Assembly: GCF_030684315.1 (NCBI RefSeq)
Contig: NC_081360.1
Span: 43,781,424 to 43,845,423, forward strand
From: Stegostoma tigrinum
Taxonomy: Eukaryota
DNA length: 64,000 nucleotides
Direction of reading: 5' to 3'
Shown: one piece after another, positions 1-12,150 of the stretch
How the letters are laid out: each line of letters starts with the position of its first letter
Numbering within the stretch: position 1 is the stretch's first letter
The notes under the pieces: generated by a model
Database searches by the model: none
The model's input: the letters and a program-made list of their open reading frames with translations, nothing else
What the model was told of the DNA's origin: nothing
Made by a program: the position numbers and the translations under genes

Positions 1-212
1 CCACTATGGGGGGGGGATGTTGAGGTCCTTGAAATACGAGGACATCTGGGATGTTCGGAAGTGGAATGGCTCATCTTGGGAGCAGATTCGGCAGAGGTGA
101 AGGAATTAGGAATAGGAGATGGCATTCTTGCAGGAAGGTCGGTGAGATGAGGTGTAGCCTAGGTAGTTGTGGGAATCAGTGTCCTTGAAACAGATATCAG
201 TTTCGAGGTCAA
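1..212 (-). mobile_element. Penelope-like element, RT C-terminal fragment
   Basis: Minus-strand translation TDICFKDTDSHNYLGYTSSHRPSCKNAISYS*FL..RICS resembles the PLE RT thumb motif. Homologous to the copy at about 13277 on the + strand. Confidence 0.8.
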
Positions 213-740
213 TTGTATCTGCTGTTCCTGATGTGGCCTTGTCTACATCAGTGAGACCAAGCAGAGGCTCAGATATCGTTTTATAGAGCACCTACACTTG
301 GCTCATGACAAATGACAACACCTCCCAGTCGTGAACCCCTTCAACTCCCCCTCCCACACCCTGGACGACATGTCCATCCTGGGCCTCCTCCAGTGTCACA
401 ACAATGACACCCGTAAACTGGAAGCCTACAACACAATGGTCTCAATGTGGCGTTACTAGCTTCAAAATCTCCCCAGCCCCCTCATCCCCACCCCCTTGAA
501 CTGTCTGTCTTCTCTCCACCTATCCACTCCTCCCACCTCACTGACCAATCCCCACCACTATCACCCTGCTATCACCAATCCTCCTCTCTATTTATTTCAG
601 AGCCTGCTTCGCCTCCCCTATTTCTGAATAAGTGTCCCTACCACAAACATCAGCTTTCCTGCTCCTCTGATGCTGTGCGCTCTGTTGTGTTCCTGCAGCT
701 CCACACTCTGTTAACATCTGCAGTTCTTACTGTCTTTCAT
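213..740 (+). mobile_element. Penelope-like element: GIY-YIG endonuclease remnant plus pLTR end with a degenerate hammerhead (624-651)
   Basis: Translates CIC.S*CGLVYISETKQRLRYRFIEH (GIY-YIG CxxC..YIGET.R.L..RF.EH). The 3' end is shared with the other pLTR copies. Confidence 0.8.
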
Positions 741-754
741 TGAAATATTCATAG

Positions 755-1720
755 AGTGGGCAGATAGGTTGCAGATGAAGTTTGATGTGAAGATGTACGA
801 GGTGAGATATTTTGGGAGAACAAACACAGATACTGTATAAACTAAAAGGGACTACCCTAGATGGTGGGCAGAGAGACTCCAGTGTATGAGTGCATAAGAA
901 TTAAAGGTGGCAGAGCAGGTGGTCAGAATAGCTAATAAAGCACACAGTATCTTTGGCTTTACTAACAGTGGTTTCCTGTACAACAGCACATGGGTTACAC
1001 TAAATCTGTGTATGATACCAGTTAGATGTCTGCTGAAGTATTGTTCCAGTTCTGGAAGCCACATTTTAGGAAGATCTGGAAGCATTGGTGACAGATCTCA
1101 AGTGGTTTGCAAGAAGTGGTTCCAGGGAGAGAAACTTCAATTATGAAAATAGAAGTTGGGACTGTTTTTCTTGGAGAGGAGAAGGCAGAAAAGAGATTTG
1201 TTTCAAGTTTTCAAAATCACGATAAGTTTGGACAGAGTAGAAGCAGATAAGCTATACCCAGTGGTGAAAGAATAAAGAATGAGAAAGCGCAAATGTTAGG
1301 AAATTCGATGTGAAAAGTTTCTTCTCAAACAGCAACTGTCCGTGTGGGGTTTGCACGTTCTCCCAGTGTCTGCGTGGTATTCCTCCCACAATCCGAAAAT
1401 GAACAGATTAGGTGGGTTAGCTGTGGTTAATGCCGGGTTACGGGGATGGGGTGGAGGGAAGGTGGGTCTTGGATGGGACACTCTTGGGAGGTTCGTTGTG
1501 CACTCGTTGGCCGAATGGCCTGCTTCCGTACGGTAGGGATTCTTTGTGCTACCTAAGTGTACCCGGAAGACAGGTTCCATTGAGGCATTGAGGAGGTCAT
1601 GAGATGAATATTTAAATAAAATGATGTGAAAGGGTACAGTCAAAGGACAGGATAATGGCATTTAGTCATGCTCCTCATTTGGAGAGCTATTGCAGACACT
1701 ATGGGAAGACTTCTGCACGG
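755..1720 (+). mobile_element. CR1 LINE 3' fragment, interrupted by an HE1 SINE
   Basis: Decayed CR1 RT C-terminus (W.M.F..KCEV..FG, LEYC.QFW.P) and CR1 3' UTR. Confidence 0.7.
1335..1543 (+). mobile_element. HE1-type (V-SINE) SINE, 5'-truncated
   Basis: V-domain sequence GTGTGG.GTTTGCACGTTCTCCC.GTGTCTGCGTGG and a CR1-like tail. Confidence 0.75.
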
Positions 1721-2462
1721 TTATTCTGCAATTCTTGAAACATCCGAGGGAAACAACTTGCAGGATTGTGGGGATAGAGCAGGAGAATGGGACTGACTAT
1801 TGTTTTTCAGAGGCGACATTGACCACCGTGTTTCTAATGGGCTCTTCCTTTGTTTTAATGACTCAATGACTTGGACAAAATATTGCAGGGCAGCTTGGAA
1901 ATTATACTTCAGTATATTTAGAGTAGAAAAAGGTGAAACATTTCTCCTTTATTGATATTAAACAGTTTTCTACGAAATATTCCTAAAAAATCAAACATTT
2001 TCAACAGTGAATTGACAAACTGTAATAAAATTTCGTCTATATTGCTATTTTTTCTAGAATAAAACACTTTGAGAGAGATCTTATATCATGTTCACTGAGC
2101 ATTTACACTATGATCGATGATATGCACCGCAAAAATGATGAATGGTTAGTTGATCCCTTGGTCAGTAACGCGGTTTAAAAGCTGATTTCTAAAAGCTCTC
2201 TAAAATTTATCGGGCAATATCAGCTCTAGTACCTTGGGCTGACAACCATATTTTAAAGGAGAAGAAAGAATTTTGATAAAATATCGCAAAGCCGTGAAAA
2301 CTGAATGTATTTGATATACTTCTGCTCAATCTCAGATTTAAATCTCCATGTTGTTGTGACATTTCGATGAGGTTAATTTCCAGTTGTTCATTGATCTCAT
2401 TAGAAGGTGCTGCACTGCTTTTTTTGGCGGGGGGGAGGGTTGGAAGGAGTGCTGGTGGTGTG

Positions 2463-2482
2463 GGGATGTTGAGCTTTGTAGT
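2463..2482 (-). promoter_or_regulatory. ZNF143/Staf (SBS)-like site, ACTACAAAGCTCAACATCCC
   Basis: The minus strand resembles the ACTACAnnnCCCAnnATGC SBS motif typical of CpG-island promoters. The match is imperfect and binding is inference. Confidence 0.3.
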
Positions 2483-2579
2483 GCAAGTGGGATCTCCGTT
2501 TGTGCGTGCACGATTTATTTCGTAGCAGACGTGAATATGTGAGACGCGCTGGTGGGAGCTGTGAGGCATCTCTGCTTGA

Positions 2580-2713
2580 CATGCCTCGTACGGCGAGGGT
2601 GCCGCTACCGTTCTGTGTGAGCCGCCGCTGCTGCTGAGATCGGTCTCTCCTTGGGAAGAGGAAGTCGGCGGCTGGGAGGGAAGGAAGGAGCAGTGGGCAG
2701 CTCGCGTCCTCAG
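2580..2713 (+). other. SESTD1: Probable non-coding exon 1 (5' UTR) of SESTD1; start approximate
   Basis: Consensus donor tcctCAG|GTGAGC inside the CpG island. Vertebrate SESTD1 has a non-coding first exon. The TSS cannot be fixed from sequence. Confidence 0.65.
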
Positions 2714-4002
2714 GTGAGCGGGGGCTCGTGCTGCCTCACCTGTGCGCGTGGCTGAGGCTGAGTGGGGGTGCAGGGCGGGCTGTCTCCCTGGGCAACAAAA
2801 GGAGTTATGTCTGCCCCGGGCAGCTGAATCTGTGTGAACGGTTCATCCTGGACGACCATCGGTACTGGAGCTGGAAACCTCGTCTTTCTTTCTTTCTGTG
2901 TGTGTGAGAGAGACCAAAAATCACGATTGCGGCGGCTTACTGGGCTGAAGGCTTTGAGCGGACTGGGGGGAAAGGTAGGCCCGAGGTGGGGTGGACCGAG
3001 CTTTGTTCAGTGGCAGCGCCCACTACCAGGTCGCTGTTCCTTCCCAATCTGATTTATTTTATTAGAAATAACTTATCGGGTTTTTTTTTGGTTTGTTATT
3101 TTCTTTGTTTTTTATCTTTAAAAAATAACTTGCAATCTGCGTTTCCCACTGCACTTTTTTTTTGGTTCCAAAGCGCTGCCCCGTAGAGTGTGTACCGTTC
3201 GTTGCACTCCAGCCATTTTCAAAAAAAAGACGGGCTGAGTACTTCCTGTGGGTTGGGAAAGAAGCGCAAATAATTAACGGTATATGCTACTCTTGAAGCA
3301 CTCCTGCTGCAGCCCTCCGCTTAAAGATGAAAGCAGCGGTAGAAAGTAGATCATTTCGCAAGATGGGCTGATGTGGTTTGAAAGCTTTTTGTTGTCAGCT
3401 GGATGCCTGATGTGTAAACCCTCCACGACGCTTGAAGGACTAATCCGAGTAATCTACATAGGTGATCTCCATCGTGGAACGTGAGTGTTGTGGTTCTGCC
3501 AAAAAAGGGGCTTCCTAGGATGAAACAGGTCACCGTTGTCAAAATTCAAAGATATGCAGTTTGCAAATACTTACTAGGATGGTGATGAGATTCAACCCAC
3601 TGAAGGTACACTGGTTATCATCATGGAATGTAATGTTTTGCACTGCTTAGTCAGCTACATGTTGGAGTAGTAGTTTACAGGGTTGTTTGGAACTGTGAGA
3701 ACACAATCCTGTGCTGATCCCACTCCTGCCCCACTCAAGCCTTATTCTTTCATTGTTCCAGTCAATTACCTGATTTATCTGCTTAGTTACAAATGGTACA
3801 CGAGATGCTTTAGTCACACAGACTTGGGCGTTGTCTTAGTTCATTCGGTCAGATTACTGGTCTGAGTCAGAAAGCTACAGGTTCAGGATTTACTCTATGG
3901 AATTTTGCAAATAATTTAATCTTGCATTTAAATATAGTGGAAAGGTATGTTAATAGGGGATCTTCAGGCTGTTGCATTAATTGAGGCATTTGCCAGTTTT
4001 AT

Positions 4003-5017
4003 ACAGAAGGTGGTGATGGAGGGTTGTTTTTCCATCTGGAGGCCTGTGACAGCAGTGTTCCCCATTACTGGGTCTAGTTTTGTTTGTCATTTATATAAAC
4101 GGTCTGAATTCAAATTTAGGGAGCATGATTAGTAAGTTGTGATGACACCAAAACTGGTATAGTTGACAGTAAAGAAGATTATCAAAGACTACAAAGGGAT
4201 CTTGATTGACCCAATGAGCTGAGCAGTGGCAGATGGAGATTAATTTGGATGAATGCAAGGTATGGCATTTTGATTAAATAAACAAGGGCAGGACTTCTGC
4301 AATTAATGGTAGGGCCCTAGGTCATATTCTAGAACAGAGACCTAGGGGTTCAGGTATATAGTTCTTTGAAAGCTGCATCAGGGGTAAATACAGTTAAGGT
4401 ACAGTAGTTAAGGTACTCTGCAAGGTTACCTTCATTGCTTAGATCATAGGAGTTGCGATGTCATGTTGATGTTATAAAGGACTTTGAGGCCAGTTTTGGA
4501 GTAGTGTTTACAGGTCTGATTGTCCTGCTTATAGAAAGAATGTTATTAAATTGAACATAGTTCAGAAAAATTTACCAGGTTGTTTTCAGGATTGGAGAGT
4601 TTGAGTTACAAGAAGAGGCCGGATAGGCTAGGACTTTTTTCACTAGCATGTCATAGGTTAAGCAGTGACTTTGTAGATGTTTATAAAATCATGATAAGGT
4701 GAATAGCAAAGGCCTTTTCCCTAAGGTGGGGCATTCAAAACTAGGAAGCAAATTTTAAGGTGAGAGCAGTATGATTTAAAACGGACCTGAGGGGCAACTT
4801 TTTCCACATGGAGAGTGGTTTGTTGGTGGAATGAACTACCAGAGGAAGTGTTACAGTTCCTGTATTTAAAAGACATTTAGATAGATACATCACTAGGAAG
4901 GGTTTACAGGGATATGAGTCAAATGCAGGCAAGTGGGACTAGTTTACGTTCGGGAATCATGGTCAGCGTGGGCTTGTTAGACCAAAGGGTCTGTTGCCAT
5001 GCTGTTTGACTCTATGA
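4003..5017 (+). mobile_element. CR1 LINE 3' ~1 kb
   Basis: RT motifs VVMEGCFS.WRPVT, DDTK and WQME.NLD.C, ending in the CR1 tail GGGTCTGTT.CCATGCTGT.TGACTCTATGA. Confidence 0.85.
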
Positions 5018-5104
5018 TGTACTAGAGCGTTTGATACAATTTGAGGAGCAGGGACTTGTTGGCAATATTTCTTCTGTAAAGGCTAAAAGTCTATGTGGTT
5101 AGCC

Positions 5105-5430
5105 CATGTGAGATGTAGCTCAGTGATTAATTTTCTCATTTCTGAATCCAATTTAAGTGAGTTCAAATTCCACTTAAGATGCATGTAACCTAGGCTGACA
5201 TTTCTGTGCAGTATAGGGGAAATGTTGATCTGCCAGTTAAGAAATTTAAAGGACTTAGATGGTCCAACAATTGAGATATAGGATCTCATTACTTATTTCA
5301 TTGCAGCATTGTGGGAGCCTGCATGTGTAAATTAGCTGCTGTTTACCACGTTGAAATAGCAACTGTTTAATTTGGTATAAAATACTTTTGGACATTGAGG
5401 TTGAGGGTGTAATGTAAACATCAGTCATTT
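5105..5430 (+). mobile_element. DeuSINE (SacSINE1/AmnSINE1-like) remnant
   Basis: tRNA-like head (TAGCTCAGTG..GAGTTCAAATTCC), Deu-type segment CATTGCAGCATTGTGGGAGCCTGCATGTGTAAATTAGCTGCT, and an L2-like tail. Confidence 0.6.
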
Positions 5431-7079
5431 CCCTATTCTCTCTTGTTCCTGGGTAATCTTTGTTTTGGGACAGTCTCTCCTGAAATTCAGTTATTCTTTC
5501 AAATTGAAAATTTTGTTTTTTTTCAAGTTTCATTTTCTTTTGAGCTTAGCAGCAACAAACAAGTCGTAATAAAGTCTGAGTATAATGCAATTAACTGACA
5601 CATAGGTCACAGGAATAATGTTTTGAAACAAAAACAAGCTTTATCGCTTATAAGAATTAAATCAAGTGCTAGTAGCATAATGCTGTAGTTTATGATAGCG
5701 CTATGAATTTTACTTTTATTTTACTATACCTGCTAAACAATTCCTTTCCTATTACAAGAATCTTGAAGGTTGAACCACATTTTGAGGGGCCAGCTTAAAG
5801 GTGTGACAGTGGACTCTGGAATTCACTACATATTCATTTAGGCTCACTGCTGATTGCTTTATGCCACATGGCTCTTTGAGAACCATTGTAGAAGTTTTCC
5901 TCAAGCTGCAAGCTAGTTAGATCATCCATCGTTTCCTTCAAAAATACAAACAGTTTAAGTTCTACCCACATTCTACTTGTTGAGCAATAAAGATCATACT
6001 TATCCTGCATAAAGCCTGATGTAGGTTACACCGAAGCAAAACGTCAACAGCCAATCTTTCGAGTAAACACCCAGATTAAATTAAGCAAAAGACTGTTTGA
6101 CCCAATAGCCTAAGCCTATTTCTATGTGGCATTCATTGGGTAGTCATTAAATTGACATGTAAAAATTACCTTCAACACAGTTCATTTGATTCTGTTAAAA
6201 AGTGCAGAGAGGTTTTAGAATCTCCACACCTATCCAGGAGCTCCCCTGTTGATCATCTTTCCCAACTTTTCATTTTGGTAACTGCTTAATTTAAAACTTT
6301 TGAGGTAAGTGGAGACCTTCAGGTCTACCTGAAACCCAGTGTTTGGTGTTAGTATTAGAAATGCGGATCCATTTGAGGGTCAACCAGAACAACTTGAGTT
6401 GATTGAGAGTAGATGATGCACATTGAACTTCATAGCTCCATGTGCATCCCCCTGAAGCTCAGAATTCTATCAGAGGATGGCCCCTAGAGGACCACCAACA
6501 GTCTAGGATATATGACATAGCTGCACTGTCCTGCTCGACTGGATTTAAGACAATTTGATAAACAAGGATGATGTTGGGATGACCATCTCCAAGATTTAAG
6601 ATGCATCCAAGTCGGGCATTGCTTGTGACAATCTCCTGTAATTTTTGGAAAAATAAAAAGCAGGGTTCCTGAAATAGGTGATTATTTGTGGTGACTTAAT
6701 TTTTTGAAGAACGAGCTAAGTTCAACAATTTTTATTTATATAAAAATTAAGGGTGGGTTCTTCCCTACGTACGAGTTGGGTTCAGGGCAGGTAAAGGAAT
6801 TGTCTTTGTGCTAAACTATAGATTTACAATAAAATCGCTTACTAACTTCTTTAATTTCAATATCTTGGGATATTGATCTGTTAAATAGTTGATCCTTCTT
6901 TATTCAACTGTCCCTACTGTTAATTCTAACCTATTGTATAATTTATAAACTACATTTTGAACATACAATCTAAGCAAGGCTAGGTTTGTTATTAATCAGT
7001 TTCTCAGCCAGGTGCTTCTATTTATTGCTAGTTCAAGCTTTAATTCCAAAAATTAGAAGTTCTATTATTTGTGGGAAAT

Positions 7080-7600
7080 TATAGTCATAGAGATGTACAG
7101 CACGGAAGCACACTCTTCGGTCCAACTCGTCCATGCCAACCAGATATCCTAGATAAATATAGTCATTTGGCCTGGTGTCTTTTAGTGAAGGAGTACACGC
7201 TGTGTCAGCCATACCCTCTAAGCAGTTAGCCCATATCCTTCTTAAACCCTTCCTAATCATATACCCATCCAGAGGCCTTTTAAATGTTGTAACTGTACCA
7301 GCCTATCCTTACCCTGGAGAAAAGACCTTGTCTATTTACCCTATCTATGCCCCTCATAATTTTGTAAACCTCTATAAGGTCGTCCCTCAGCCTTTGATGC
7401 TCCAGGGAAAATACCCCCAGCCTATTCAGTCTCTTGCTTTAGCTCAAACCCTGTAATCTTGGCAACATCCTTGTAAATCTTTTCTGAATCCTTTCAAGTT
7501 TCACAATATCCTCCCTATAGCAAGATGATCAGAACTGCATGCTTTATTCCAAAAGTGCCTAACCAATGTCCTGTACAACCGCCACGTGACCTTCCAACTC
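7080..7600 (-). mobile_element. CR1 LINE 3' fragment
   Basis: Reverse-complement CR1 tail (ATAGTCATAGAGATGTACAGCACGG...) and RT C-terminus. Confidence 0.85.
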
Positions 7601-9217
7601 TTATTTATGAAGCAGATATTCACAAAAACAAGACAGAACACCTGAGATACTAAGCAAGTCATCTTTTAAACACAAAATATCCATGGGTCTGTCTATTCTG
7701 AGTACAAACTTGATTTTAACACAGTTTAATTTTCAGCTATTTTCACCATTATTCTACAGACTTTGTTTGATGGAATTAATTCTGACATGAGTTTCTTGCA
7801 CATTATTATTGCCTTACAGAACAAGAGTTGGTATGTTCCAACTGATCTAACACCTGTTGTGAAAGATGACATGACGTTTGTTTGTTTGTTTATCTTTGAA
7901 GTGCTGCAAAAGTTTGGGGCATGTTGAATACTTGATTGCTTATTTAGGTAATCTCTTTCATTCTGGATCCATATCAGAATTGAGTCAATATGTTTAACAT
8001 GTATCTAATTTTCTATATGTGATAATGTATGAAACTATTGCATTTAAGATGTTCGTACACTGTAGAACTAATGTACAAAAGCGATGTTTGAATTTGTGAC
8101 TGTATAGGACCAAAGTATTAGCTGATCACCTTTTTTGAAAGTGGTTTGGATTTGATTTAGTTAATGCACCAAATCACTGACGTATTTCTCGAGTGACATT
8201 CCTTAGTCCCAAGATCATTGATTATAGCCTGCCTTTGTCAGCAAATAGTTTGTCAGTGTGGCAGCAGTTCTCTGATGCAGAGCATGGTTACAGCATCAAA
8301 TCAAGGATATCAGGCATATTTTAGTTAACAAAAGCAGAAAACAAAATTACTGTCTGGGATGAATTTTGATATAGACCAATAACAAGAAAATCAAAAAGCT
8401 GTTGGTAGCCATCTTTTAATTGTTTTGGAACTTGGCCAGCTTTGTTAAAATTGATTTTACTGTTTGTAAATTTTCTTCTTGTTGAATACTTTAGCTGGTG
8501 TAGTTTCACTTGGATCATGGCTGTTGTTGTTGTGGCTGTTGTCAGACAATCCTATGTTGTGCTTGGAAAAACGAATAATTCAAGGAGTGTTCTGCAGTAC
8601 AAATTGCATACTCTGTGATATTTTAACTACATTAATTTTAGTCGCAAGTGCTTTTGTGCATATATTTAACCATATGAGTGTATATTTAATTAACAAACAT
8701 CCAATAATCTATACTGCAAAACCTTGCATTGCAGTCTTTCTCTTCAAACATTTTGAAATTTAGCCATGAATATCTTAGGCACAACCTATCTAGTGCAGCT
8801 TGAGATTTGTCCAATAGTTGCAACTGATGCTTTGTGTTCATCAGTATTGTAGGAACATTGTATCTTCTTAACTTATGGACCATATGTTGTTTGTTACTTC
8901 TACATTTTCACTCCTTTGCATGCATCATGGTGTAAGATTTGCAGATGTCCAATCCTCTGGTACTTGCTTTATTTCATAGTCCTCAAGAATGTCTAGTATT
9001 TAGGAATTTATCTACCTGTAATGCTGCAGAAAAATGTACCTTGTCCATGACACTCCAGACCAAATATCTCTGCCCAGGCAAGCACTGCTGAGTTTATTTG
9101 TCCTCCATGGGGGCTATTTGTAATAGATTCTTATCACACCCCTCTCCAGCATGGATGCAAATGGTAAATTAGTCTTTATCCCCATGCTCTTATTCTCCTT
9201 ATTTAGGCTTCTTACGT

Positions 9218-10360
9218 TTTTCATTCATGGGATGTATGTGTCACTGGCTGGCTGGTATTTATTGTCCATCTCTATTTCACCTGGAGAAGGTGATGGTGAG
9301 CTGCCGCCTTGTACAGCTGCACTCCACACACTATTGGTTAACCTGCAATGCCACAAGGGAAGAAATTCTAGGAGTTTTGACCCACCAACACTGAAGGAAC
9401 AATGATACATTTCCACGTCAGGATGGTGAGTGGTTTGGAGGGGAACTTGCGCGTGGTGGTGTTCCCCTGTATATGCTGACCTTGGCCCTTCTAGTTGGGA
9501 GTGATCGTCGTTTTGAAAGATCCTGTCTAAGGGTCTTTGAATTTCTGCAGGGTACGTTGTGATAGTAACAGCAGTGTGCACTGACCTTTGGTGGCGGTGG
9601 GAGTGGATGTGGTGCCAGTCAAGCAGACTGCTTTGTCTTGGATGGTGTCAAGTGTCGTGAATGTTGCTGAAGCTGTACCCATCCAGGCAAATAAGGAGTA
9701 ATCCATCGCCCTCCTGACTTGTGTGCTGTAGTTGATAGACTTTCGGGAGTCAGGAGGTTGGTTACTCGTTGCAGTATTCTGACCCTCTGACCTGCTGTCG
9801 TAGCTATTGCTTATGTGGGGAGTTTTTAATGAATTCAGTTGAGTTTCTGGTCAGTGATAACCCTCAGAATGTTGATACTGGGGAATTCAGTGATGGTAAC
9901 ACTATTGAATGTCAAGAAGCAGTGTTTAGTTTGTCTCTTATTGGAGACAGTCATCACTTGGCATTTGAGTGGCAGGAATGTTACTTGCCACTTGTCAGCC
10001 CAAGACTAGATATTGTGTAGATCTTGTAGCATTTGAACATGGACTGTTTCAGTATCTGAGGAACTGTGAATGGTACTGAACAATTATGCAATCATCAACA
10101 AACATCCCCACTTCTGACCTTATTGATGAAGTGAAGGTCATTTTGATGAAGCAGCTGAAGATCTAAGGCACTCTCCTGACAAACTCCTGAGGAGATGTCC
10201 TGGACTTGAGATGACCATCTTCCTATGTGCCAGGTATGACTCCGACAACCGGAGAGTTTGTCCCTGATACCATTGCTTCCAGTTTTGCGAGGACTCCTTG
10301 ATGCTGCATGCAGTCACATGTGGTTTGATGCCAAGGGCTGTCAGTTTCGCCTCACTACAA
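9218..10360 (-). mobile_element. CR1/L2-group LINE 3' fragment (family with AATAAATGCTGGC...CATCCCATGAATGAA tail)
   Basis: The same tail and RT body recur at about 14835, 30110 and 62600. Confidence 0.75.
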
Positions 10361-12030
10361 TGAAATAGAACCTTTGTGAAACCATGAATATTTGAATATT
10401 TTGTTGGTCTTGCGAACGAAGTATAAATTTGTTTAGATGAATTATGATGAAGGTTCACCAAACTAATTCCTGAGATGGAAGGATTGTCCTATCAGGTTAA
10501 TAGACTGGACCTGTATTGTCCAGAGGTTTAAAGAATGAGAGGTAATCAAATGCACAAAGTTCCTACAGGTGAGATCCAGGAAGGGTGTTTCTGTTGTGGA
10601 CCTGAAACCTGAGGTTAGGTGTCTCATTAAGGGCAAGCTGTTAATACAGAGTTGTAGAGTTTTCATGGTATGAAAAGAGCCCCATTGACGAGTTTTTTTT
10701 TTATCCATACTGATCATGAAACATCCACCTTTCTAGGAAGAGCTGGAGAATTTCTTTACTTAATGGTAAACATTTCAGAATTCATTGCTACAGTTTGGAA
10801 GCTTTTCCTTGATTTTGTTAACATCTGTGATAGATTTTTACATATTAAAATATCAGTGGATACAGGGAATGTATGGGAGAGTTGTATTGAAGTATGATGT
10901 CATCTGTGAGCTCAGTGAATTATGGACTAGCTTTGAAGAGTCAGATGATCTGCTCTTTTGCTCTTGTTTGTCTTATGTGACAACACCCTCCTGCACGTGG
11001 AACTTAAGAGGTCTGTAGACTAAAAGAAATATTGCAGGGAATTTTGATGAGGCCCAACTGTGTAAACCATGACATATCTTTGGATGAGGAACATCTCTCC
11101 TATGTTTAGCAATAACTGGGCTAAAACATGCATTTTGCTCGCTGCAAATAACTTGTGAGAAACACAGAGGTGGTCAAGTGAACTTGGGCTGTACCAGTTA
11201 TAGTGTCAGCACAACCAACCTAACTGATCAGTGTTGGTAGAGCCACGTTGCTCATTAACCAGTGGTGATCTCTGTGCTCTTCATCTGTAGATTGAGTGAC
11301 CATATGACCCTGCCTTTTGATTAAACTTTTTCTACTGTTCCCCAGGGATTGTGAGATGGCACCTCTGCAGTCTCCATCCGTCTCTTAGTGGTCAGTATGT
11401 GTTGCTGTGGCACTCTGTTGCTATTCTGACTCATCTATCTGGAATTATGCACTTTTTCTAAGCATGTAGACACAGAACTGCAGTTCCTCATCTATTCCAG
11501 CACAATGTTCATTGCGTTCCTTAGTGATGCTGTTTGTGCATGTATTGGTATACCGCATATGAGGATTGTCATTATCTTTGCTCTGGCAATATAAAGGAGA
11601 AGCAGGCACACTCAGCCTGCTTAGCTCATGTGCATGTTGTTCAACAATTCTAAAGCCCTGTTATTTGGGTGTTGCATATCACTCACTCTTTCCAGATTCT
11701 TCCTGATCATTGAAGTGCTTTCCACATGATCTCTGTGTTCAAGCCAACTTGGCTGCTCGCCCCTGTGGCTAACTCCATTCATATCCATTTCATATTGCTT
11801 AGAGGATCCCTTCTTTTTGCAATGGTTTCTGAAAGTTGTCTGTGTGTTCTAGTATCCTAGTTATTATTAATTCCTTTTCTTTCCACACTTTTCATAAAAC
11901 AACAGTTTATTGACATTGTGGAGTGTGTGCCATTGTTTCATTGCAAGATGGATAGGTGCAGGTGACTTTCCATTTCTCGATCTGTCAGGATATCATGAAT
12001 GTGAGTAAAACAAGCCATACAAATTTCTAG

Positions 12031-12150
12031 TGATAATGGGAACTGCAGATGCTGGAGAATCCAAGATAACAAAGCGTGAAGCTGGATGAACACAGCAGGC
12101 CAAGCAGCATCTCAGGAGCACAAAAGCTGACGTTTCAGGCCTAGACCCTT
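12031..12150 (-). mobile_element. Short Penelope pLTR-derived insertion ending inside the hammerhead, with 11-bp TSD
   Basis: Minus strand reads ...AAGGGTCTAGGCCTGAAACGTCAGC. The direct repeat CAAATTTCTAG lies at 12020-12030 and 12151-12161. Confidence 0.85.

Larger units (their letters stand above)
2420..3330 (+). promoter_or_regulatory. SESTD1: CpG-island promoter of SESTD1
   Basis: Marked local rise in GC and CpG content in otherwise CpG-depleted, AT-rich DNA. It contains a strong donor (CAG|GTGAGC at 2713/2714), GGAAG ETS-like motifs near 2654-2664, and lies upstream of the first coding exon. Confidence 0.75.

Noticed and set aside
2635-2637. Selenocysteine recoding of the in-frame UGA
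   Set aside because: No SECIS can be assessed because the 3' UTR is outside the window, and SESTD1 is not a known selenoprotein.
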